A stretch of DNA of 64,000 nucleotides from Trichoplax sp. H2 (lineage: Eukaryota), in assembly GCA_003344405.1 (NCBI GenBank), contig NOWV01000015.1:434001-498000 (forward strand). Direction: 5' to 3'. Below, one piece after another: positions 53,791 to 64,000 of the stretch (positions are counted from its first letter, which is position 1; every line of letters begins with the position of its first letter). The notes beneath the pieces are model-generated. The model saw only the letters and a list, made by a program, of their open reading frames with translations. It ran no database searches and had not been told where the DNA came from. Made by a program: the position numbers and the translations under genes.

Positions 53791-55174
53791 CTTTGCCAAA
53801 ATATCGAGTTAACTGGCATCGCTACGGGCTCTCTGTCCTTGATCCTGACTTAGAGTTTTTCGAATAGTAATCTTATTGAAGTTCATAGTTTGCGACATCA
53901 ATTATTCGATCTAGGATATTTAACTTGGATCTTTTTAAATGCCGATTTGTACAAAATAGTAATAGATTATCCTAAATCTTCGTTCTAGTTGTAGATCCCT
54001 TCAGATGCAATAGATAATCTATTACACAGTTTTAATGGTAGCGGCCGAGAGTATTTATGAAGAGGAATAGAGTAACGATTTGGACGTGATAAATGTACAT
54101 AATGTAATAGAATGAAATACTGTATATCGCGACCTCTGACAACAAGCTCCATGTCTATATTATCCGTGTTATGTCATCAAATCTAGTAAAGGCAAACTGA
54201 AATTGAGATATTTTTACGTTGCTAGCATATATAGTAAGGCAGTAAAATTATGGTCAAAATAATTTCATAGTTATATAATTATTAATATGGTACGTATCGT
54301 GTAAGCAAACAAAATCCTTCTGCAAATAAATCTGCAAAAATTAATTAATTTCTTGTGCTCAATATAAGGTATGTTTCGATCAAATAGAATAGGATATTGA
54401 TAACAGTATTCTATACTATAGAATTTATTGCTATCGATTACAACAACTCAGAGTATGTAAGCAAGGTCTCAAATGGAGAAATTGGGCTTGTTAAATCTCA
54501 ATAACAAAGACGCTTCTATTACGTAGGATCAAATAATGTTTATTATTGTAAATGCATCTAAATCACCTATGCAAGTAATCGATAAGGTGACTGACACAGT
54601 GCGCTTACATTAAATGTATTGATTCCTTATTTGTATTTCATCATTCTGTAGCAATGTCGATATACTAAGAGAACCATATATCACAGGGTTTGACACAAAG
54701 TTGTTCTTAAAAGCAATGGATAGTTTTGTTGTCATGTTAACACATCAACCATAACATTTATAAAAGTAAACAATATCCACTAGGCATCTCAGAATCCACA
54801 TAATGATATCTATAAACTGGCAAATTATGAAGTGATATATCTTAAAATATACCATAAGGTTAAATTGAAATTAAAACTTTAGAAAAACTTTCCTAAAATT
54901 TAAGAAAGGCTACTTATTACTTTGGCTATTAATTAATGTATGAAGTATCATTTATTTTACCGTAAAATACGTATACATGAATGCATAATATAACGTTAGT
55001 TCAATAAGATGGAGCCAATTAGATAAAAAAAGGAGATATAAACTAATAATATGATACATTAGAGCATGGTCATATACAACCATAAAATAAGATCTGTTAT
55101 ATCTACCATCCAGTATACAATACTGTGATATAATTGGCCATATTATTTATTTACAATCAGTATCTAATGTCCCA

Positions 55175-58100
55175 TCAATTTAAAGGAACAGACTTATTCG
55201 CCAATCGCCGAGATCGTCGAGATCGTCCTGGTTGGCTGTCTGCACTATCTATATTACTAGATTTACTGTCATTATCCATGGATGATGACTCTTTTGTCGC
55301 AGTCAATAATTTTTTAACTTTCCGGGTTGCCTTAAGAACAGGTTTCCCTTCTTCACTACTGTTGTGGGTAGTATCAGATGTTCTTAAATTATCTTTTTTT
55401 TGCGTACGTCTTGATTTTCGTCCAGTAGTAGAAGCAGGAATTACATCCACAGTTACATTGTCACTACTAGAATCATTAGGAGCTGCAGAACGAGTAGATG
55501 ATCTAGTTTCACGTTTGATTACAGTTGACGATCTTGTTGATGTGCGGTTCTGACGTTCATCTTGACTATCATCACAGCTCTTACTATCCTTTCGACTCTT
55601 GCGTTTTGGCAGCACAAAGGCAGTAACCTTATCTTCTTCTTTTGCGATAGTACTGATGGCATGTGAGGTAACTGTATTTACAGGAGCCTCTTCATTTACT
55701 TCAACTTGTTTATCAACGTCCTTACATAAATTTATTTTTTCATCATTACCAGCATTTGCTTCGTCAGCATTAGTTTCGCTTGCCAATTCACTTATATTTT
55801 CATTTATCTTACGGGCAGAACGACTTCTTTTTGACACTACTTTTTCAGATTGAATGCTTTCCTTACTTGTAGTTTCAGTGGTAGTTTTACATCCTTCTTC
55901 AGTTGCATTTTCATCTTTCCTACGTGCTAAACGAGTCTTTTTTGGCAAAATCTGATCAGATTGGATACTTTTGTTAATTGTTTGTTGCTCAAGAATTTTA
56001 CTTTTTGTACGAGTTGCTCTTGCATTACTCCTTTTAACGGGCTCTGGCTCCTTTTCGACTAACTTTTTCTGTCGTAAATTTCTTGTACTTGTTGGATGAT
56101 CGCTCACGCCTTCTTTAACAGCTTCTCGCTTTGGAGTAAGTTTGGTAGTTTTATTTTCTAACCTTACCTCTAAATCAATTACATTCTTTCCATCAGGTGT
56201 AACTGAGCACTCAGAATCCGCTTTCTTTGTTGATACAATTTTTCGTTTCCTACTAATTCTAGTAGGCTTGCCGTTTTCTACAACTGCTGCTGCCGTATTA
56301 TCAGAATCTAGGGTCATATTTTTATGATTTGCGTCTATAATATTGGTTGAAGATGTATGGTCTACTTCTCCCAAATCATAAATCAAATTAGTTTTATTCT
56401 CTTTGTTAGTATCGCGAATAACCTTTTTACTTTTCCTTCCTTTTGCAACGATATCCGGTGATGACAAATCATTTTTCTTACAACTTGACGTTTCACTTTC
56501 AGATAATTCAGTTATAGGTGTCATCAAAACTACGTTATTCCATAGTTTTTGTTCAACTTGTTCGCTTTTGTAAAGACGTTTCTTAGCCTTATGATTGTTC
56601 TTCTTTAATTTTTTCATTCTTGGTTCTTCAGTAACTGCATCGTTTATTTTACGCTTACCACCAGTGCGTATTAACGTTGAGGTTGAATCTTCACTACTAA
56701 TGACATTATTTGTAATATCAGGGTTAGTTGACTTGACCTTACGTGAACTTGTTCGCCTTGAGTTAGTCGCTTTACTTCTGGTGCTTTTGGGTGCACGCTT
56801 GCATCGCATTGTGGAATTCTTAAGAGTAGTGGCTGTCTCAACGTTCTTTGGTGATGTATTGATTTGCTTACTTTCAGAAAGTACTATTTCATCTCTTTTA
56901 GTGTCAAGGCTAACATGCCCTTTGTGAGTCTCGGTATCTATAAAATCTGCAGTTGTTGATGTTTTAGAAGTCGGACTTGTATTTTCAACCGTATTTTGTT
57001 GATCATGCTCACTAATATAAGTAGAGCTGTTAAATAAATCCGCCAATTCAGTCATAAATTCATTAGTAGTCTCATTGGAGTCTTTAGGTAATTGAAATAG
57101 TTCTTTTAATCCTTTGTAGATAGTTTCTTGTTGACTTGCTGATGTATGTACTCCAGATGGTAATGTAAATAATCGCGGTAATAAACCAACTTCAACACTG
57201 TAACGAGCACTTTTCTTATTACTACGTGGCGTTTTTAAGAGTCTTTTCAACCCTTTCAAGCATTGATCTTTACTCACATCTCCTTTACCTTGCTTAGAAC
57301 GTGGCGTATTTGCTATTTCCTTCAATGCAAACAAAATATTATCCCGTTCAGCTATACTTTGTGCACTCAATTTGGCGCGAGGAGTTTTCAGCAAATATCC
57401 CAAAGATTTCAAGGCTTCATCTTGATTATTCATTTCTTGTTCATTTACCTTAGGGCCGTGTTCGCAAGTCATTTCTGCCATTAATGGCTCGCTAATCGCA
57501 GCAGCATGTTCGCAAATTTCAGAACTTTTATCTGAAATTGGTTCAAGGTGATCTTGTAAGTTGTAGATTGTAATCTCGCCATCGTTTAATGCATCTGCAT
57601 TCACACTATTTATTGACTCATTCTTATCCTGTTGCATAATAGGTACAGTTTCTGTCTCGGGAGAATTAGCTATTTTATGTGAGCTGGGCATCTCAAACAT
57701 TTGTTGAAGACCATCAAAAACTGGTTCAAGTGATGTATTCTTGGCACGTTTGGGTGTTTTAAACCATTGTTCAAGAACAGATAAATATTCATCTGAAAAT
57801 TGACTTTTCAATTTAGGTGTTTTAAGCAGTCTCTGTAATCCATCATATGCGGGTTCTAACGACGGATCCCTCTTACTTTTAGGTGTTTTCAACCATTGCT
57901 TCAAAGCTAGCAAGTTCTCACTACACGAATTATTTTTAAGCCTTGGTGTTGTAAAGATATCTTGTAGACCCTCAATGTTACTTTCTTCGAGAGATACTTT
58001 AGCTGGTGTTTGCATGATATTATTTTCTTCTGAATTGGATACATCCATTGCAGTTATCTCACTAGTAGATATAGTTTTGATATTTCTCTTAGGAGAATTC

Positions 58101-61100
58101 ATGACTTGTAGACCTTCAATGTTACTTTCTTCGAGAGATACTTTAGCTGGTGTTTGCATGATGTTATTTTCTTCTGAATTGGATACATCCATTACAGTTA
58201 TCTCACTAGTAGGTGTAGTTATGATATTTCTCTCAGAAGAATTAATGACCTTTAGTGAGCTAGGTGTCTCAAATAATTGTTGAAGATCATCGAAAACTGG
58301 TTCCAGTGATGTATTTTTGGTACGTTTTGGTGTTTTAAACCATTGTTTAAGAACAGACAAATATTCATCTGAAAATTGATTTTTCAATTTAGGTGTTTTA
58401 AGCAATCTTTGTAATTCATTATATACTGGTTCTAGTGATGGATCCCTCTTACTTTTGGGTGTTTTCAACCACTGTTTTAAAACTAGCAAGTTCTCATCGG
58501 ACGAATTATTTTTAAATCTTGGTGTTTTAAAAAGATCTTGTAGACCGTCGATGTCACCCTGTTCAAACGATACTTTAGCTGGTGTTTGCATTACATAAGA
58601 ATTTTCTTCAAAATTGGATAAATTCATGGAAGTCTCGTTATTAGTGAGTATAGTATTATTATCCATCTCAAGAGAATCAGCAAATTTTACCGGGCTAGGT
58701 GTTCTAAATAATTGCTGAAGGCCGTCAAAAATAGGTTCAAGTGACGTATTTTCAGCACGCTTTGGTGATTTAAACCATTGCTTAACAGTAGATAGATATT
58801 CATCTGAAAACTGGTTTTTGAACTTAGGTGTTTTAAGCAGTCTTTTCAGTCCATCATACATCGGCTCTACTGCAGGATCTCGTTTACTCTTTGGAGTTTT
58901 CAACCATTGCTTTAGTACCTGCAAATTCTCCTTACACAAATTATTGTTTAATTTTGGTGTTTCATTGGGATCTTGCAGACCTTTAATGTAACTTTCGTTG
59001 AGAGACACCTTAGCTGGTGTTTGCATGATATCATTACTTTCTTCTGAATAAGTTGTATCTATTGGAGTTATCACTTTGGTCAGTACAACTTTGCCTTCCA
59101 TTTCGGGAGAATCGGCAATTTTAAGTAAGCTGGGTGTCTCGAATAACTTCTGAAGACCATCAAAAACTGGTTCAAGTGGTGTACATTTTGAGCCTTTTGG
59201 TGTTTTAAACCATTGTTTCAGAACAGATAAACATTCATCTGAAAATTGACTTTTCAATTTAGGTGTTTTAAGCAGTCTTTGTAATTCATCAAATACTGGC
59301 TTTAGCGATGGATCTCTCTTACTTTTAGGTGTTTTCAACCATTGTTTTAGAGTTGATAAGTTCTCATTACGCGAACTATTATTAAATGCTGGTGTTTTAA
59401 AAAGATCTTGTAAACCTTCAATATTGCTTTCTTCGAGAGATACTTTAGCTGGTGTTTGCCTAAGATGAATACTTTCTTCCAAATTAGATGTATCCATTGC
59501 CGTCATCTCACTATCGAGTGTAGTTTTAATTTCTGTCTCTGCAGAGTCAGCGACTTTTAGTGAGCTAGGTGTCTCAAATAATTGTTGGAGACCATCAAAA
59601 ACTGGCTCAAGCGATTTATTTCTGACACTTCTTGGTGTTTTAAACCATTGCTTAAGAGTAGATAAATATTCATCTGAAAATCGGCTTTTCAATTTAGGCG
59701 TTTTCAGCAGTCTTTGTAATCCATCATACACTGGCTCCATTGCGGGATCTCTTTTACTCTTTGGTGTTTTTAACCACTGCTTTAAAACTAATAAATTCTC
59801 ATTACCGGAATTATGCTTCAAGCTTGGCGTCTTAAAGAGATTTTGTAAACCTTCAACATCATTCTCGTTAAAACTTGTTTTCGCTGGCGTTTGCATTTGA
59901 TATGAAGTTTCTTCAGAATTGGATATTTCTAATGAGGTTACCTCATTCATTGGAGAGGCAATATTCTTAGAAAAAATAGGTGTCTGGAATAATTCTCGAA
60001 TTCCATCTACTACGGGTTCCAGCGGAGGATTTTTAGCACCTTTGGGAGTTTTATACCAATGCTTTAATACATGCAAATATTCATCTGAAATTTTTCGGTC
60101 TATCTTAGAGGATTTTAGTAACTTTTGTAAACCATCGTAAGCAGGTTCCATAGTAATATCTCTTTGATTTTTGGGTGTCTTAAGCCATTCTTTTAAAACA
60201 AGCAAATTCTCATCAGAAGATTTACCTCTAAACTTTGGCGTTTTAAAGAGATTTTGCAATCCTTCCAAATCATAATCTGAAGGCAAAGTTTTAACAGGAG
60301 TTTGATTATAAATCGAATTCCTTAGTAGATTATTAGACTTTATTGCTTCACTTGTTGTTTGCACTTTGCTTTCATTAACAGCAATTGTTGTCTTGTCAGC
60401 ATTATCTAATTGCTCAGTAATGGCTTGATCATTATTATTAATAGGAACTGATTCCTGTAACGAATCAACGCTAGCTGATTCATATTCTGATCCATTTTGA
60501 TACTTGTCTTGATTAATGGAATTTACCGATGATGACCTAAAACTGCTTCTTTTAGCTGTATTAGCTCTAAATGTTCCTGCTATTAAGTTATCATCACCAC
60601 GTCTACCACCTATGGTGGGTATCCAATGATTACTATCACGCCTTGGTTTAATAAGTGGCTGATCACTATCAACAGTAGTAAACTGGCATTCTTTCTTATT
60701 GAGATTGCTAATACTGCCTAATTGCAAATCGTCTTGAACAGAGACTATGTCCCCTTGAACTTTCGTAGGTATATCAACTATTAAAAAAGATACATTTCCA
60801 GCATTAGACTTTATTTTATTTGTCCATCGAATTATATATTATACATCTAAAGTAGCTCTGTACTATTTCTATCGTTTATGTGAATAGCCTTACCTCTTTC
60901 TTGATTTTGGGACTGAGATGTATTGCCTTCATATTCATCTTCATTCGTATCATGAACGCTGCTCAGATTTGATTGATTAATGGACCTTGCTTCAATAATA
61001 AGGCCATTTGGTGTTACGAAAGTTGGAGTTGACATTAATAAATTGATTGGATTTTGTTGCGCTTTACCAATCTCATATGCTGGAGTCATGCATTGTTGCT

Positions 61101-63913
61101 GATTGACTTCAATAGGAGTATTTTTTTCATCTGTTGAGCTGCTGCTACTACTACTATTTAGCAATGTTGATAAGGAAGATTCATATAATGTCTTACTGTT
61201 TTTTTTCATTGAGCTTTTCGATCGACGTTTATTTGTTGGAGTGTTTATTGGTGTTTTACAAACATTGTTGGTTTCAGTGGTAGAATTAGGTTGAATCATT
61301 TTTTCAGTTGAAGTAGCAACATTATTATTAATAATAAGCTGGTGATTCAGTTTATCGGTGTTTGGCGTGGCGAAGAGATCTTTAATCAAGTGATGAGCTT
61401 CTGCAAAGCACCTATCTGGTGTTGAGTTTTCCATCTCCTGGAATGCGAATTAAATATCAATATGATATTCCCATATCATGACTGTTTCGTTTATAATAAT
61501 ATAATTAATTAATATAAGGTTAAACTGCTATAATAGAAAGACTTACCGATGGTACAGATTGAGGAACGTCATTATCTTGATTATTATCATTACAGATATC
61601 TTGACTAGCTTTGTTTTGCTGAGATGAACGCCTCTTTCGAGTATCTTTCTTCCACAATCCAGTAATCATTATATCATCGCTTCTTTTATCACACAAAGTA
61701 GGTACCCAGGCGTTGCTACGTCGTTTAACACTACTTTTATCGCAAATTTTCTGCCGTCTTGAAGTTTCAGCTGAATGTCGTCTCGTTATTATATTGGTTC
61801 GAAATGACCTGCGTTTAGTAATACACGGGTCATCATTTTGAGATACCGCTGTAAATTTCAATTCCGGATCCAAAGAATTAGCCATAGAGATTTGACTTGA
61901 GTTATTATCGTTTGGATGATTTGTTGTTGCTGAAGATCTAGTTTCTATATTATCTTCCGCTTTATCTTGATGATTTGATTCTTGCAAGGAAACTAGGTCA
62001 TTACTATCGAAAGTTAGCGTAGAAACGATATCAACTAAACTATTGCTTTCCTTTTCATCTTCATCGAGAGCAATTACAGAGGGAGTTTTAAGTATCGATC
62101 TACGTTTGCTATGACTCTTTACTTTACCAGCAGAAGGCATTGGAGTATAAACTGGTTTTCTACCTCGCTTTACAGGAGTATCAGTCGGATTTTTCTTACT
62201 ATATAATTCAGGACTTAAATGCGGTCCAAATGTTACACTTTTTCGATTCCTTTTCGGTGCAAAGAATTCATCAACCGTCTTCATTAGACTATCAACAGAA
62301 GTAATATCATTCAGAATCCTCTTTTCTGGAGTTTTCGAACGAACATTTGCAGATCCATCATTATTTTGGCTATTGCTCTGTTCAGTCTTTTTTTCAGCAG
62401 TAGTATTATTAGCTGGAAAGGATGTTGATGAGCGTCTTCCTCTAGATCGGCGATTTTTAATTTTACCATCTAATCGAAAGCTATCATCCATGCTTTGATC
62501 TGAAGTGGACACCTTACTATCACCGTGATCTTTCATTAATTGGTCATTGCTAAGAAGTGTGTTAATCTCAGAATCAATATTTGCTTGCTGCTTACACTCC
62601 GATGTTAACGAATCATTTCGTAGGGTAAGGACAATATCAATTTGATCTTGCTTCTTACTGTCCGTATCGTCTACGAAGCTTTCTTCTAACTTAAAACTTC
62701 TTCTCCTAATTTGTTTGAGTTTCTTAGCTGAAAGCTGTTGTTGACATTCCAAGCCAGGTATTAAGATGCCAGTATTACTGTCTCCTTGACCTGAGATATT
62801 CTCCTTGTCATCGACGGCATCCTAGACGTATAGCACAATCAGTCATAATGCATTACATTAGTTGGCTCAATTTTTAGCAAAACTTGATATAAATATCTAT
62901 ATGCTATGAGTACATTAATTTGTTTATTTCTATCAGATAGTCAAAAAAGAACATACGCAATACAGTACAATCACGTTCAATCTGAATGGTCCAGAATAAG
63001 AGCGTACGTATATTACATGATTTGACGAAAGATGATCACTATTTTGTTATTTGTTTATAAAATGATGGCTACGAATCAATATATATTTATCCAATCATCT
63101 TATATATTTACCTGCTTGTTAGGTGTATCTATTATGATGTCACTTTTTTTGTATAGAAAGGTTTTATTGCCAATTTTAATCTTAGTACCATCTTTTATTC
63201 GACATTGCCTCTGTAAGAGGGCTTCACCGGCTACATGGATCTGTGCTGAAGGTTGTAAACGCTCTATCCAAGCCTGCATGTGTTTGATATTGATAAAAAT
63301 AAATTAATGGTAAAGAATTAGAAAATATTTTGTGATACGCGTATATATCGATTCTACAGTTACTTTATCTTAACTACAGTAATAATGATTGTCTATTTAT
63401 GATAAGCCACTTTTATAACATGTTGAATTCAAAATTGATTTTACTGTGCATACGTCTATGATGATATCAAGGCGACGAACATTTATATTTTTATCATTCT
63501 GTCGTAGCACTGTACAATACTGTACATTAGTAGCCTTACAATTGACTATTTAGCATCATGGTGTATTTGACATGGTACATCACCTTGTTGTTGGTGTCGA
63601 TGAATACTCTCGCATGTTGATTCTGAACACTGGCATTACGAATACGAATATCGCAGTTGTCGTCGCTACAATGTGGATATATTTAATAAATGATTATATA
63701 ATTATTAATTGTACGCGTATATATTTAAGCTTGATTTTATTCGAGGTTATTAAGATGCAAATAAAGCTGTTTCCAAGAAATAATTGACTGAACATACCTG
63801 CCAAAAATGCTTTGCTTATCAATTAATGGCACTTTAGATCCCTCAGTTCCGTTTCTTCGAATCAAGACAACGTTACCATATTTACCTGCACTATTGAATG
63901 AGGACTGTTCCAT
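55175..63913 (-). CDS. MKI67: Ki-67-like chromosome-periphery protein (exons 63913-63798, 63665-63584, 63273-63112, 62821-61547, 61437-60894, 60777-55175; 2593 aa)
   Basis: N-terminal FHA (VVLIRRNGTEGSKVPL..FG..CDIRI..QH..IKDGTKIKIG), PP1 motif RKSVTFGPHLSPELY..PTDTPVKRG, tandem repeats with GLQxLFKTP/LFETP motifs in one giant exon, and a basic R-x-T-R-rich tail. All six exons join in frame (7782 nt). An alternative ATG lies at 63943. Confidence 0.85.
57660..60305 (-). repeat. Coding tandem repeat array, six units of about 435 bp (145 aa) plus one 144-bp partial duplication
   Basis: QTP anchor positions at 60297, 59886, 59451, 59016, 58581, 58149 and 58005 give spacings of 411, 435, 435, 435, 432 and 144. 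Confidence 0.95.
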
Positions 63914-64000
63914 AGTTTCTGCGTCCAGTGAAGAAAAGAACATTACTGTACTTTAACCAAATGATTAGGATTGTTTGTAAAATGGTGATTCAATAGAACC

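Noticed and set aside
55134-61294. Plus-strand ORFs over the Ki-67-like gene
   Set aside because: Antisense shadows.
63112-63273. Suspected frameshift in the third FHA exon
   Set aside because: Re-reading gives an open 162-bp exon (AWIERLQ..EALLQRQCRIKDG..).

Overview
AT-rich, intron-rich, gene-dense eukaryotic genomic DNA from an animal. Many short GT-AG introns and the gene set are consistent with an early-branching metazoan such as a placozoan, but that is inference. I assembled seven protein-coding genes by hand from splice signals and remembered family motifs: FAM53-like (+, 835-7477), ATP5ME (+, 12768-13275, missed by the ORF track), DNAAF9/C20orf194 (-, 16462-30683), CABCOCO1 (-, 35224-38524), a nearly intronless NCAPG (-, 40518-43569), CCDC33 (+, 46789-53790) and a 2593-aa Ki-67-like protein (-, 55175-63913). 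The Ki-67-like protein is the most unusual item. It combines a degenerate FHA domain, the Ki-67/RepoMan PP1-docking motif, a higher-order array of about 145-aa repeats each holding five L/F-x-TP motifs, and a RepoMan-like PP2A-B56 motif. Other highlights are two minor-spliceosome (U12) introns (one AT-AC), candidate RFX X-box, CDE/CHR and NRF1 promoter elements matching the function of their genes, a TACAG/TACTG field resembling piled-up Tc1/mariner footprints, several foldback/MITE-like elements and a 256-bp satellite. Two 20-N assembly gaps sit inside repeats. Homology calls rest on recalled sequences; no database search was run.
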